NCBI GenBank assembly: GCA_946626605.1
Contig: CAMOUL010000003.1
Location: 19,696 to 83,695 of the forward strand
DNA length: 64,000 bases
Direction: 5' to 3'
DNA from: an uncultured Bacteroidales bacterium
GTDB lineage: Bacteria; Bacteroidota; Bacteroidia; Bacteroidales; Paludibacteraceae
Shown here: positions 27,956 to 38,541 of the stretch, in pieces
Layout: the number at the start of each line of letters is the position of its first letter
How positions within the stretch are numbered: position 1 is the first letter of the stretch
Translations under genes and position numbers: made by a program
Notes under the pieces: model-generated
Seen by the model: the letters and a program-made list of their open reading frames with translations, nothing else
Told to the model about the DNA's origin: nothing
Database searches by the model: none

Positions 27956-28570
27956 ATGCAGAAGACACTCAAATACATATTTGATCGGTTAATGGCCTTC
28001 TTTGGCCTGTTGTTTCTTTGGCCGGTATTGCTGGTAGTAGCAATCCTGATCAAGATCCAAATGCCCGGTCCTGTGCTCTTCGTGCAACAACGGGTTGGCA
28101 AAGACGGCAAACTCTTTGCCTGCCATAAGTTCCGTTCTATGAGCATTGGACACAACGGAAGTTCTATCAGCATTGCCGGGGAAAGTCGCATCACTCCGCT
28201 CGGCGCCAAACTACGCAGATACAAACTCGACGAACTGCCCGAACTATGGGATGTACTCATTGGCAATATGTCCTTTGTGGGACCTCGTCCCGACGTGCCA
28301 GGCTATGCCGACTTGCTGCAAGGAGAAGACCGCATCATCCTGACCTTGCGCCCGGGCATCACTGGACCGGCCACACTCAAGTATCGCAATGAAGAAGAAC
28401 TGTTAGCTCAGTTGAAGTACCCGCAGCAATATAATGACGAAGTCATCTATCCGGATAAAGTGCGTTTAAATCGCTACTATGCGGAGCATTACTCGTTTAT
28501 CGAAGATATAAAGATGATTTTTTGTACCGTATTAGGTAAACACATGCAATACAATAACGAGATAATTTAA
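27956..28570 (+). CDS. Undecaprenyl-phosphate sugar phosphotransferase (small PglC/WbaP-type)
   Basis: It contains KFRSM, DELPELWDVLIGNMSFVGPRP and a single N-terminal hairpin helix. Confidence 0.85.
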   Translation: MQKTLKYIFDRLMAFFGLLFLWPVLLVVAILIKIQMPGPVLFVQQRVGKDGKLFACHKFRSMSIGHNGSSISIAGESRITPLGAKLRRYKLDELPELWDVLIGNMSFVGPRPDVPGYADLLQGEDRIILTLRPGITGPATLKYRNEEELLAQLKYPQQYNDEVIYPDKVRLNRYYAEHYSFIEDIKMIFCTVLGKHMQYNNEII

Positions 28571-28581
28571 TAGAAAGAACA

Positions 28582-29820
28582 ATGATATATCTCTGTTTGG
28601 CTCATATGTCCGAAGCAGGACTAGAGCAGAAATACATCAAAGAAGCCTTTGATACCAATTGGGTAGTTCCGTTGGGACCGAATGTCAACGCGTTTGAAAA
28701 GGACCTGGAGCAGTTTGTAGGGGAAGGAAAACAGGTGGTTGCTTTGTCTTCCGGCACAGCAGCAGTTCATTTAGCCTTGATAGCCTGCGGCGTGAAACCG
28801 GGAGACGAAGTATGCGTGCAGTCGTTTACGTTCTGCGCCAGTTCCCATCCTATTACCTATTTGGGCGCTACACCGGTGTTTATTGACTCGGAGAAGGATA
28901 CCTGGAATATGGACCCGGAATTACTGGAACAAGCTATTCTGGACCGCAAGGCAAAAACGGGTAAGTACCCGAAAGCTATCATCCCTGTTGCTCTATACGG
29001 CATGCCGTATAACATAGCGCGTATTATGGAAATCGCTGACAAATACGGTATTCCGGTCATTGAAGATGCGGCAGAAGGTATGGGTAGCCGCTATAAAGGA
29101 CAAGTATTAGGTACGTTTGGTCAATACGGTGTGTTCTCGTTTAACGGCAATAAGATGATTACCACGAGCGGAGGAGGTGCCTTAATATGCGCCAATGAGG
29201 CCGATAAAAACAAAATTATGTGGTATGCCACACAGGCACGTGAGGCCTATCCGTATTACCAACACGAACAGATCGGTTATAACTATCGTCTGTCCAATAT
29301 ATGCGCCGGAATAGGTCGCGGACAAATGACGATAGTAAACGATCATATTGCGCATCATAAGCATATACAAGCGCTGTACGCGCAGTTACTGAAAGCTATT
29401 CCGGGTATTCAGTTACACGAAGCGCCGAATGCAGAATACGATGCGAACTACTGGCTTTGCACTATTACCTTAGATCCGTCTCTGCGAATTGAGGGGCAAG
29501 AGAACGCGTATAAAGAGACCGTTAAATCAGCCGTTGGCGGAGCTGCAGGAGTGATTCATCAGGTGGATAGCCCTACAACGGATTGTCAGCCGAATGACAA
29601 CGTAGAAGCCCTGCGTGTGTATCTGTTGGCGCATCAGATTGAAGCCCGCCCCTTATGGAAACCGATGCATAAACAGCCGGTTTATGCGCAAAGTCCGGCA
29701 TATGTTAACGGGGTGAGTGAAGCCATCTTCAAGGTAGGTATGTGTTTACCGAGCGGACCTATGGTCAGCGATGAAGATGTGCGCTATATTGTAGAAACGA
29801 TTAAAAAAGCAATCCTATAA
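28582..29820 (+). CDS. DegT/DnrJ/EryC1/StrS sugar aminotransferase
   Basis: It contains FDTNWVVPLGPNV and FSFNGNKMITTSGGG (PLP-binding Lys). Confidence 0.85.
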   Translation: MIYLCLAHMSEAGLEQKYIKEAFDTNWVVPLGPNVNAFEKDLEQFVGEGKQVVALSSGTAAVHLALIACGVKPGDEVCVQSFTFCASSHPITYLGATPVFIDSEKDTWNMDPELLEQAILDRKAKTGKYPKAIIPVALYGMPYNIARIMEIADKYGIPVIEDAAEGMGSRYKGQVLGTFGQYGVFSFNGNKMITTSGGGALICANEADKNKIMWYATQAREAYPYYQHEQIGYNYRLSNICAGIGRGQMTIVNDHIAHHKHIQALYAQLLKAIPGIQLHEAPNAEYDANYWLCTITLDPSLRIEGQENAYKETVKSAVGGAAGVIHQVDSPTTDCQPNDNVEALRVYLLAHQIEARPLWKPMHKQPVYAQSPAYVNGVSEAIFKVGMCLPSGPMVSDEDVRYIVETIKKAIL

Positions 29821-29823
29821 GAT

Positions 29824-31050
29824 ATGGAGCGAGAATTTATATTGATTAACATCATCGGTTTTGATAAACCGGGTGTGACATCGGCCGTGACAGAAGTGCT
29901 CGGCAAGTACGGAGCGTATGTGCAAGATATCGGTCAGTCGAACTTGCATCACCAACTCAACCTCAGTATCCTCATTCGTGTGGACGATGCCTCCAAGAGC
30001 GGAGATATGATCAAAGAAGTACTCTTCTGTTGTTCGAAATTAGAGATGATCGTGCGCTTTACGCCGCTGAGTGAAGAGGAATACGCTGCATGGGTAGGTC
30101 GTCAGGAACAGGAACGTTACGTAGTAACGCTGTTGGCGCGTGAACTGAACGCCCGTCATATTGCCCGTGTCACTGCTTTGCTGGCCGGAAGACAACTGAA
30201 TATCGATAATATTCTGCGTCTGAGTGATCGTCCGAGCGTAGAAATCCCTGTGGAGAAACGTCATTCGTGTATCGAGTTCTGGTTGCGAGGTAACCTACCC
30301 GACCGCGAAGCGCTACAACGTGAACTGATGGAGGTTTCTCGAGAAGAAGGTATCGATATCTCGTTCCAACGTGATGATATGTACCGCCGCAATAGACGCC
30401 TCATCTGCGTGGACATGGATTCTACGTTCATCCAGACGGAAGTCATTGACGAATTGGCTGAACGTGCCGGTGTGGGCGAACAGGTGAAAGCGATCACGCT
30501 CTCTGCCATGCGCGGTGAGATCGATTTCAAAGAGAGTTTCCGTCGCCGTTGTGAGTTACTGAAAGGTCTGGACGTGAGTGCCAAACAAGATATCATTGAC
30601 CACCTGCCTATTACGGAAGGAGCCGATCGTCTGTTCAGCATCCTCAAGAAATGCGGCTTTAAGATCGCTATTCTATCCGGTGGATTTACGTTTGTGGGCA
30701 AATACCTGCAGCAGCGCTTTGGTGTGGATTACGTCTATGCCAATGAATTGGAAGAAGAGAACGGTAAGTTCACAGGACGTTATGTAGGCGATGTAGTTGA
30801 TGCAAAGCGCAAGGCGGAGTTACTGGAACTGATCGCGCAGGTGGAACATATCGAATTGGCGCAAGTGATCGCCGTAGGTGATGGAGCGAATGACCTGAAT
30901 ATGTTAGGTAAAGCCGGTTTAGGTATAGCCTTCCATGCGAAACCCAAAGTGAAGGAAAGTGCACAGCAGGCTATCTCTACCGTTGGCCTGGATGGTATCT
31001 TGTATTTCCTGGGCTTCAAGGACTCGTTCCTCAAAGAATATCAAAATTGA
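29824..31050 (+). CDS. serB: Phosphoserine phosphatase with N-terminal ACT domains
   Basis: It has the HAD motifs VDMDSTFI and GDGANDL. Confidence 0.85.
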   Translation: MEREFILINIIGFDKPGVTSAVTEVLGKYGAYVQDIGQSNLHHQLNLSILIRVDDASKSGDMIKEVLFCCSKLEMIVRFTPLSEEEYAAWVGRQEQERYVVTLLARELNARHIARVTALLAGRQLNIDNILRLSDRPSVEIPVEKRHSCIEFWLRGNLPDREALQRELMEVSREEGIDISFQRDDMYRRNRRLICVDMDSTFIQTEVIDELAERAGVGEQVKAITLSAMRGEIDFKESFRRRCELLKGLDVSAKQDIIDHLPITEGADRLFSILKKCGFKIAILSGGFTFVGKYLQQRFGVDYVYANELEEENGKFTGRYVGDVVDAKRKAELLELIAQVEHIELAQVIAVGDGANDLNMLGKAGLGIAFHAKPKVKESAQQAISTVGLDGILYFLGFKDSFLKEYQN

Positions 31051-31074
31051 AAACTGAAATACTAAAAAAACTAT

Positions 31075-32655
31075 ATGGAAAGAAGAGTAAGAGTTCGTTT
31101 TGCACCCAGCCCTACCGGTGCATTACACATCGGCGGTGTGAGAACCGCATTGTACAACTATCTGTTTGCTCGTCAACACGGCGGTGATATGTTACTCCGT
31201 ATCGAAGATACGGACAGCACCCGTTTTGTGCCCGGAGCAGAAGAGTATATCCTCGAAGCCTTGGCTTGGTTAGGCATCGATATCGATGAAGGTCTTCGCG
31301 CAAAAAAATCACAAATCAAAAATGACAAATTACAAATTGAGAGCGTAGGCTCTCATGGTCCCTATCGTCAGTCCGAGCGGCGCGAGATCTATCACACGTA
31401 CGTGAAGCAGTTGCTGGATTCCGGTCATGCGTATATCGCCTTTGATACACCGGAAGAATTAGAAGCTAAACGCGCAGAGATCCCGAACTTCCAATACGAT
31501 GCACGCACGCGCATGAGCATGCGCAACTCGTTGACGATGAGTGCGGAAGAAGTAAGCGAATTGCTTGCAAAAGGCGAAAAATATGTCGTTCGCTTTAAAG
31601 TAGAACCGAATGAGGATGTGCACGTACACGATTTAATTCGTGGAGAAGTGGTGATTAACAGCAATATTTTGGATGATAAAGTGCTGTATAAATCGGCAGA
31701 CGACCTGCCTACCTATCACTTGGCCAATATCGTCGATGATCACCTGATGGAGGTTAGTCATGTTATTCGCGGTGAGGAGTGGTTACCTTCCGCTCCGCTA
31801 CATGTGCTGCTGTATCGTGCCTTCGGATGGGAAGATACGATGCCTCAGTTTGCGCACTTGCCGCTGCTGCTCAAACCGGACGGTAATGGTAAACTGAGTA
31901 AACGGGATGGAGATCGTCTTGGATTCCCTGTCTTCCCCTTGGAGTTCCATAACCAGAAAGACGGTACTGTTTCGTCCGGATACCGCGAGAGCGGTTACCT
32001 GCCTGAGGCTGTGATTAACTTCTTGGCTCTGCTGGGTTGGCACGGCAGTGGCGACAAAGAAATGTATACGATGGAGGAGTTGATACAGGACTTCTCGCTG
32101 GATCGTGTATCGAAAGCAGGAGCTAAGTTCGACTATGAGAAGGGTAAATGGTTTAACCATCAATATCTGCAATTGCGCAGTAATGAGGAGTTGGCAGAGA
32201 TGTTCCTGCCTACCCTCAAAGAAAAATTAGCAATCACCAATGACCAATTACCATTTGATAAATCAATGGTAGCTACGGTGATCGGTTTGACCAAAGACCG
32301 TGTGAACTTTGTTCCGGAACTGTGGGAGCAAACCAACTTCTTCTTTGTGGCACCGACCGAGTACGACGAGAAATCGCTCAAAAAACGTTGGAAAGAGGAC
32401 TCGCCGAAACATATGACGGAGTTGTTGGAGGTACTCGAGAACGCGCCTGCATGGGACGCGGAGACCTTGGATGGTATAGTAATGCCTTGGATTGAAGCCA
32501 AAGAATACGGTGTAGGTATCGTCATGAATGCTTTCCGTATCTGTTTGGTAGGTGCTGCTCGTGGTCCGCATATTTGGGCCATCACCGACGTACTCGGCAA
32601 AGCCGAGACCCTGAAACGCGTTAAAACGGCATTAGAGAAAATCCCTAATCCATAA
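31075..32655 (+). CDS. gltX: Glutamate--tRNA ligase
   Basis: It contains [14 protein letters not shown] and KLSKRD. Confidence 0.95.
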   Translation: MERRVRVRFAPSPTGALHIGGVRTALYNYLFARQHGGDMLLRIEDTDSTRFVPGAEEYILEALAWLGIDIDEGLRAKKSQIKNDKLQIESVGSHGPYRQSERREIYHTYVKQLLDSGHAYIAFDTPEELEAKRAEIPNFQYDARTRMSMRNSLTMSAEEVSELLAKGEKYVVRFKVEPNEDVHVHDLIRGEVVINSNILDDKVLYKSADDLPTYHLANIVDDHLMEVSHVIRGEEWLPSAPLHVLLYRAFGWEDTMPQFAHLPLLLKPDGNGKLSKRDGDRLGFPVFPLEFHNQKDGTVSSGYRESGYLPEAVINFLALLGWHGSGDKEMYTMEELIQDFSLDRVSKAGAKFDYEKGKWFNHQYLQLRSNEELAEMFLPTLKEKLAITNDQLPFDKSMVATVIGLTKDRVNFVPELWEQTNFFFVAPTEYDEKSLKKRWKEDSPKHMTELLEVLENAPAWDAETLDGIVMPWIEAKEYGVGIVMNAFRICLVGAARGPHIWAITDVLGKAETLKRVKTALEKIPNP

Positions 32656-32673
32656 TCCCTTACCCCTAAACGA

Positions 32674-34392
32674 ATGACTCCTCGCGAAGCGCTACATACG
32701 TATTTCGGCTATGATGATTTCCGTCCGTTACAGGCGGAGATCATCGAGTCGGTATTGGCCGGAAGAGATACGCTGGCTCTGATGCCTACGGGCGGAGGAA
32801 AGAGTATCTGTTTCCAAGTACCTACCCTGGTGATAGGTCAGGAAAATCCGGAGAAGCGCTTATGTCTGGTCATCACGCCTTTGATCGCCTTGATGCGCGA
32901 TCAGGTAGCTAACCTGCAGGCACGCGGTATTCAGGCAGAGGCAGTCTATACGGGAATGAGTTGGGATAGACAGCGTGCGGCCTTGGATAACTGTCTGTAC
33001 GGTCCCTATCATTTCTTATATTGTTCTCCCGAGCGTTTGGAGAGCGAGGAGTTTCGCAAACGGCTTAAGGACCTGCCGATAGGCCTGATCGCGGTGGATG
33101 AGGCACATTGTATCTCGCAGTGGGGCTATGATTTTCGTCCGTCGTATCTGAATATTGCGGCTGTACGGGCTATCCTTCCGGACGTACCGGTCTTGGCTTT
33201 AACGGCTACAGCCACCCCGGAGACGATAGACGATATACAGGCTAAGTTGGGTTTCAAGGAGCGTAATGTACTGCGTAAATCCTTCCATCGGGAGAACCTG
33301 ACGTACGTAGTACGTCGTACGGATAAGAAAGCCGAACAAGTAGCCCATATTTTATCGAAAGTACCCGGCAGTGCGATCGTCTACGTGCGCAATAGAAAGC
33401 ATGCGCAGGAACTCGCCCAATGGATAAATCAAAAATTTGAAATCACAAATCAAAAATATTGCGATTTCTATCATGCGGGGTTGACGACCAAGGAGCGGAA
33501 TGAACGGCAGCAGGCCTGGACGGAAGGCAAGACACGGGTTATTGTCGCTACGAATGCCTTTGGTATGGGTATTGATAAACCGGACGTACGGGTCGTGATT
33601 CATTATGATTTACCGAGCCATTTAGAGAGTTATTACCAGGAAGCCGGCCGTGCAGGTCGTGATGGTCTGACGGCTTATGCGGTGTTGCTCTATAATGAAG
33701 CGGAAGATAAGGCGAAACTGAAGAAGCGCGCGGTAGATACCTTCCCGCCGAAGGAGTTTGTGGAGCAGGTGTATCATAAGACGATGGATTTTCTGCAAGT
33801 AGGTGCAGGAAGCGGTTATGGACATCGTTTTACGCTTCATATGGACCAACTTTGCCATGTGATGAAACTGCCGGTTATTCAGACCTACTCTGCCCTGCAT
33901 ATACTGACAAATGCCGGTTATATTCATTTTGAAGAGGAGCACGAGACGCAACCGCGTGTGCAGATACTGGTGCCCCGCTATCAATTAGGCGACTATAACC
34001 TATCCTATGAGCAAGCAGAGCTGATGGATAAGTTAATGCGATCGTATTCTGGTATTTATACGGATCTTCAGTATGTGCATGAAGCGGACCAGTATCACGA
34101 TTTATTGGTTTCCTTGGCGCAGAGAGGTATTATTACCTATATTCCGCGATCGATAGGTTGCAGTTTAGAAATGACAAACGAGCGACAGGAAGAGATTTTC
34201 CTATCGCCCGCTATCTTCGAAACGCGTCAAGCGCGATTTATCAGCAAACTGCAGGCTATGCTTGAATACGCCGACCAGAGCCAGTTCTGCCGTGAGCAAG
34301 TCTTATTGGCTTACTTCGGAGAGACCGACGCTGTCGCTTGCGGTCATTGTGACGTCTGCCGGGAGTTGGCTCACCGTATCTTCGCTGAGTAA
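32674..34392 (+). CDS. recQ: RecQ-family ATP-dependent DNA helicase
   Basis: It has MPTGGGKS, DEAHCISQWGYDFRP, and a C-terminal CGHCDVC. Confidence 0.9.
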   Translation: MTPREALHTYFGYDDFRPLQAEIIESVLAGRDTLALMPTGGGKSICFQVPTLVIGQENPEKRLCLVITPLIALMRDQVANLQARGIQAEAVYTGMSWDRQRAALDNCLYGPYHFLYCSPERLESEEFRKRLKDLPIGLIAVDEAHCISQWGYDFRPSYLNIAAVRAILPDVPVLALTATATPETIDDIQAKLGFKERNVLRKSFHRENLTYVVRRTDKKAEQVAHILSKVPGSAIVYVRNRKHAQELAQWINQKFEITNQKYCDFYHAGLTTKERNERQQAWTEGKTRVIVATNAFGMGIDKPDVRVVIHYDLPSHLESYYQEAGRAGRDGLTAYAVLLYNEAEDKAKLKKRAVDTFPPKEFVEQVYHKTMDFLQVGAGSGYGHRFTLHMDQLCHVMKLPVIQTYSALHILTNAGYIHFEEEHETQPRVQILVPRYQLGDYNLSYEQAELMDKLMRSYSGIYTDLQYVHEADQYHDLLVSLAQRGIITYIPRSIGCSLEMTNERQEEIFLSPAIFETRQARFISKLQAMLEYADQSQFCREQVLLAYFGETDAVACGHCDVCRELAHRIFAE

Positions 34393-36129
34393 TACACTGT
34401 CTTCCTCGAACAGTTCTTCCAGTTGCTCCAGTTCTTCTGCGCTGAGTGATTTATTGCGATCGTTGATACCCATCAGCGGTCCAAAGAACACTTTCAGGAG
34501 TGCACGGCTGATGACCTTACGCAGGTTGAACTTCGGGTTATTGGCATCGCCGCTCACCGGAACATCCACAATAATCATATTTTGCGCAGAAGTGAGGGCC
34601 TTAAAGCCTGTACGCACAGGGATATTCTTATACGGGGCTTTACTGCGGCGCTCTCTCTTACCGATCTCAGGATGGTCGATTTCAATGCGGTTATTACCGC
34701 TTATCTTTCCGTCCGTCACTTCCATATGGCTATCGAGCAGCAGTACACCGCTTTCGATCGGATAGCCGGTATAGTTGCGGCAGAGAGCATCGAAGTCCTC
34801 CATGTGTACGCCGCGTAACTGCAGATCCAAACGGGAGTTATATTTCTGCAGGTCTGCCGCACCCGTGAAATCGGCTTTGAGTTGCGCATCGGAAGAGAGT
34901 GTCGCATTGATTTTCAGGCTGTTACGGCCTTTATTGGCTACGTTGTTACCCTCGACGTGCAGCGTCTTGATGGCATATTTCCAGTTATTGGACATCGAGT
35001 AATCGCGATACTCGAGATCGTGTCCGTCTATCTTCACTTTCTTAGCCATCCAGGTAAGCGGCTTGCTATCATTCGACGACGTTTCGATGCGCGAAACAAC
35101 TGAATCCTGATCACTGACTTCTGAATTCTCCTTCAATAGACGGCTCAGCGTATTCCACTCCTCGTGTACCTCGTATTGACCGGTGATACCCGTGATGGAT
35201 AAGGTATCGAGGATGAAGGTGTTGGTCAGCAGGTCACCCTTATTGATGACCAGGCGCAACTCGTCCATCGCTGCTACTTCATCACGATGGGAGTCGCGTA
35301 TATCGAGTCCCGTCATAGCGAGGTGACCGTTGAGTTGGATGTTCATGATGTTCTCGAGACTGCCATCCACATGCAGCGAGCCATTGATATGGGCTCCTAA
35401 ACCGGTGATATTCAGATAGTCTTGCACGAGCGGCAGGGCTACATCGGCATGTACATCGTAGAGCTTGAGTCGCACCGCATAGCGGTTAGCCTGCATGCGA
35501 TAGCCGGCTGCAATACCTACCCGTCCGCCTGTAGGAAGACCAAATTCCAGACCCGCATTTGTTTGGGTGTTATCGAAATAGAGACCCGGTACACGAAGCG
35601 AGATATCCTCCAGTTTCCATTGTTTATTGCTCACTACATCACGATAGCGGAACGTGCTGTTGTTGATACGGATATCATTGAGACGTACGACCCAGTTACT
35701 GGGCGTTGTATCTACGGGCACGGTGTCCGGTTTGGAAAAGCGCGTGATGATATCCGAGAAATTCAGTTTATCATTACTTTTGAGCACTTGCCCCTGAAAG
35801 CCATCAACATGGATGGCACGGATGTTCACGCGCTTGGCGAGCAGTTGCGGATAAGCAATCCTGACGTAGAGACGATCGAAGGAGACAAAGTTGGTCTCTC
35901 CATTCTGTTCCTTACACTCGAAGCCTTTGATGGTCACTCCGCCCCAGAAGGGATTGATGACCACGAGGTCTGCATGCAGTTGTCGGCCGAGGATTTGTTC
36001 GCCTTTGTTATTGATCACATGTTTCGCGACCGGAGAGACGATAGCAAGTATCAATGCAAAGAGGAGCACTATTGCTAGCGCTCCCCATCCACAACCTTTC
36101 AAAATTTTGATGATTGTTTCTTTTTCCAT
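34303..36129 (-). CDS. DUF748/AsmA-like protein with an N-terminal membrane anchor
   Basis: It is 608 aa with one N-terminal transmembrane segment and a beta-rich repetitive body. Its ATG overlaps the tsf stop (TAATG). Confidence 0.6.
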   Translation of the reverse strand: MEKETIIKILKGCGWGALAIVLLFALILAIVSPVAKHVINNKGEQILGRQLHADLVVINPFWGGVTIKGFECKEQNGETNFVSFDRLYVRIAYPQLLAKRVNIRAIHVDGFQGQVLKSNDKLNFSDIITRFSKPDTVPVDTTPSNWVVRLNDIRINNSTFRYRDVVSNKQWKLEDISLRVPGLYFDNTQTNAGLEFGLPTGGRVGIAAGYRMQANRYAVRLKLYDVHADVALPLVQDYLNITGLGAHINGSLHVDGSLENIMNIQLNGHLAMTGLDIRDSHRDEVAAMDELRLVINKGDLLTNTFILDTLSITGITGQYEVHEEWNTLSRLLKENSEVSDQDSVVSRIETSSNDSKPLTWMAKKVKIDGHDLEYRDYSMSNNWKYAIKTLHVEGNNVANKGRNSLKINATLSSDAQLKADFTGAADLQKYNSRLDLQLRGVHMEDFDALCRNYTGYPIESGVLLLDSHMEVTDGKISGNNRIEIDHPEIGKRERRSKAPYKNIPVRTGFKALTSAQNMIIVDVPVSGDANNPKFNLRKVISRALLKVFFGPLMGINDRNKSLSAEELEQLEELFEEDSVLLSEDTVSQLPADVTMTASDSVGLSEVSQ

Positions 36130-37121
36130 TATTCAGCGGATAATGTGATACGGCGGAAATCAAGGATTTGCACGCCTTTTGCTTTGAGGACATCCTTCAC
36201 GAGCTCTTTGCTCTCGCTCATGATATAAGCCTGCTCAACGAGTGTGCTCTCTTTCAAGAACTTATTCAGACGACCTTGAGCGATCATCTCAATTTTCTTA
36301 GCCTGTGCAGCGAGGTTAGCCTCTGCCTCTACAGGTACTTTAGCACGGATGTCGCGAGCTACTTGGGCCTGCTCCTCTGTCAGCCAACCCTTGGTGGTGT
36401 TGGAAGCGATGTGGTCATCGCTATCGCAGTGAGCGGGGTTCAAACCAGCTTTACGGAGTGCGTTCTCAACAGCTTTGTTGATCTCGTCTTGTTTGGTTTT
36501 TTCGATAGCTACCTCGAGCTCATGCTTCTTAACGTCCTCAGCTACGTGATCAGCGTCCAAAGCGATCGGGCTCATAGCAGCTACTTGCATAGAGATACCG
36601 TGAACGGTCTCGGGGTCTGCACCAGCCTCTGCAGCAACGAGCGAACTCAGTTTGTTACCAAGGTGGTTGTAAGCGTCTACTACGGGAGCCTCAAGGCAAG
36701 CGTAGTCAGCGAGCTCCATCTTCTCACCCGTAACGCCGGAGCGCTCGGTGATGATCTCAGCTACGGTGAAGTTACCGATCTTGAGGTTCTTGAGCTCCTC
36801 CTGGGTGCGTACTTTGTTATCCAAAGCAGCGTCGAGGATGAGTTTAACCATGCCTACGAAGTCCTCATTCTTAGCTACGAAGTCGGTCTCGCACTTCACG
36901 CCAACGATAGCGCCGAAGTTGTCTTTTACTTTAGCGAGCACGCAACCCTCCGAAGCCTCGCGGTCACTACGTTTTGCTGCGATGGCCTGTCCACGCTTGC
37001 GGAGCAAGTCCTTCGCAACCTCGAAATCGCCGTTTGCCTCTTCGAGAGCCTTCTTTACGTCCATCATACCTGCGCCGGTAATATCGCGCAGTTTTTTGAT
37101 ATCAGCTAATGAAACTGCCAT
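36129..37121 (-). CDS. tsf: Translation elongation factor Ts
   Basis: The N-terminal UBA-like stretch is [21 protein letters not shown]. Confidence 0.95.
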   Translation of the reverse strand: MAVSLADIKKLRDITGAGMMDVKKALEEANGDFEVAKDLLRKRGQAIAAKRSDREASEGCVLAKVKDNFGAIVGVKCETDFVAKNEDFVGMVKLILDAALDNKVRTQEELKNLKIGNFTVAEIITERSGVTGEKMELADYACLEAPVVDAYNHLGNKLSSLVAAEAGADPETVHGISMQVAAMSPIALDADHVAEDVKKHELEVAIEKTKQDEINKAVENALRKAGLNPAHCDSDDHIASNTTKGWLTEEQAQVARDIRAKVPVEAEANLAAQAKKIEMIAQGRLNKFLKESTLVEQAYIMSESKELVKDVLKAKGVQILDFRRITLSAE

Positions 37122-37123
37122 AA

Positions 37124-37963
37124 TTATGCCTCCTCTTCTTTAGCTTCTTCCTTAGCCTCTGCTACTTTCTCAGCCTCTGCTTTCGGAGCAGCTTTGCGGA
37201 TACGTTGGCGACGCTCTTTCGGAGCCGGAGCCTCTGCATTAGCCTGAGCCTCTGCTGCTTCCTCGTCAGCCTTCTCTACCTTACGCTCCTCGAGACCCTC
37301 TTTGATAGCCTCGCAAACAGCACCGAGGATTACGTCGATAGCCTTTGTAGCATCGTCGTTAGCGGGGATTACGAAGTCGATATTGTTCGGATTTGAGTTG
37401 GTATCTACGATAGCGAAAACAGGGATACCGAGACGGTTAGCCTCTGCTACAGCGATCTTCTCTTTGATCACGTCAACAACGAACACAGCGCTCGGGAGAC
37501 GAGTCATGTCTGCGATAGAACCAAGGTTCTTCTCCAGCTTCTCGCGCTGACGGCTGATTTGCAGTTTCTCACGCTTGGACATATTATCCATCGTGCCATC
37601 AGTAGCCATCTTATCGATCTGGCTCATTTTCTTAACCGCCTTACGGATGGTCGGGAAGTTGGTGAGCATACCACCGGCCCAACGCTCGGTGATGTACGGC
37701 ATGCCTACTTCCTGAGCACGAGCAGCTACGACTTCCTGAGCCTGCTTTTTCGTACCAACGAAGAGGATCTTACGGCCGCTACGAGCCAAGTTTTTCAATG
37801 CCTCTGCTGCCTCTTCTACTTTGATAGCAGTCTTGTTGAGGTCAATGATGTGAATACCGTTACGCTCCATGTAGATGTACGGAGCCATTGCCGGATTCCA
37901 TTTACGTTTGAGGTGGCCAAAGTGTGCACCAGCCTCGAGAAGTTGATCAAAATTTGTTCTCAT
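37124..37963 (-). CDS. rpsB: 30S ribosomal protein S2
   Basis: It contains [10 protein letters not shown] and has an acidic/Ala-rich tail. Confidence 0.95.
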   Translation of the reverse strand: MRTNFDQLLEAGAHFGHLKRKWNPAMAPYIYMERNGIHIIDLNKTAIKVEEAAEALKNLARSGRKILFVGTKKQAQEVVAARAQEVGMPYITERWAGGMLTNFPTIRKAVKKMSQIDKMATDGTMDNMSKREKLQISRQREKLEKNLGSIADMTRLPSAVFVVDVIKEKIAVAEANRLGIPVFAIVDTNSNPNNIDFVIPANDDATKAIDVILGAVCEAIKEGLEERKVEKADEEAAEAQANAEAPAPKERRQRIRKAAPKAEAEKVAEAKEEAKEEEA

Positions 37964-37971
37964 TTTGAATT

Positions 37972-37999
37972 TAATGAATAATGATTAATGATTAATGAT
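37972..37999. repeat. Heptamer tandem array in the rpsB leader
   Basis: The units are TAATGAA TAATGAT TAATGAT TAATGAT. Confidence 0.8.
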
Positions 38000-38093
38000 T
38001 ATTTATCCGTTTATCTTTGTTCCAATGCGCACGCGTGTACGTTCATTATTAACACGCGCATAATGGGTATCCATTATTCATTGAACAAAGACA

Positions 38094-38127
38094 ACTGCGG
38101 AGTAATTCGTTAAGAAGTCTCCGCAGT
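38094..38127 (-). terminator. Hairpin downstream of rpsI
   Basis: ACTGCGGAG and CTCCGCAGT form a 9-bp stem with a 16-nt loop. A T-rich tract follows on the minus strand. Confidence 0.45.
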
Positions 38128-38145
38128 TTGGATTTGTTCCAAGTA

Positions 38146-38532
38146 TTAACGTTTACTGAACTGGAAGTGCTTGCGAGCCTTCGGCTGACCCGGTTTCTTA
38201 CGCTCAACCTCACGAGCGTCACGAGTCATGAAGCCTTCAGCCTTCAGAGCAACTTTGTCTTCCGGATTGATTTTCACCAAAGCGCGAGCGATAGCAAGAC
38301 GAAGTGCCTCTGCCTGGCCTTTGAAGCCACCGCCATCAAGGGTAACCTTGATATCGTATTTCTCAGCTACGCCGAGCTTGTTCAGCGGCTGGAGCACGAT
38401 ATAGCGCAGGATAGAAGACGGGAAATATGTCTCGATGTCGCGACCGTTGATCACGATCTTGCCGGCACCTTCATTAACGTAAACGCGGGCTACTGCCTCT
38501 TTACGACGACCTAATGCATTAACTGTTTCCAT
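38146..38532 (-). CDS. rpsI: 30S ribosomal protein S9
   Basis: It ends ...KARKHFQFSKR and shows whole-length family resemblance. Confidence 0.95.
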   Translation of the reverse strand: METVNALGRRKEAVARVYVNEGAGKIVINGRDIETYFPSSILRYIVLQPLNKLGVAEKYDIKVTLDGGGFKGQAEALRLAIARALVKINPEDKVALKAEGFMTRDAREVERKKPGQPKARKHFQFSKR

Positions 38533-38541
38533 GTGCTTCTA

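Noticed and set aside
19715-29820. I considered whether the wzx/wzy glycosyltransferase locus or the wza-wza-wzc/gmd/fcl locus hides a novel system.
   Set aside because: The gene content is a standard Wzx/Wzy-dependent polysaccharide pathway. Only the truncated dehydrogenase and the Wzc termini stood out, and they are reported separately.
36168-37109. A 313-aa plus-strand ORF spans almost all of tsf. Similar long shadow ORFs lie at 11443-12417 (opposite mmdA), 44363-45205 (opposite GH13), 15118-15855 (opposite the COG0523 GTPase), 42503-43168, 35422-36078, 54410-55024 and 16588-17199.
   Set aside because: Each lies antisense to a gene with clear family motifs. Their translations are low-complexity or Arg/His/Leu-rich with no recognisable domains. 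This is the typical stop-poor antisense register of codon-biased genes.
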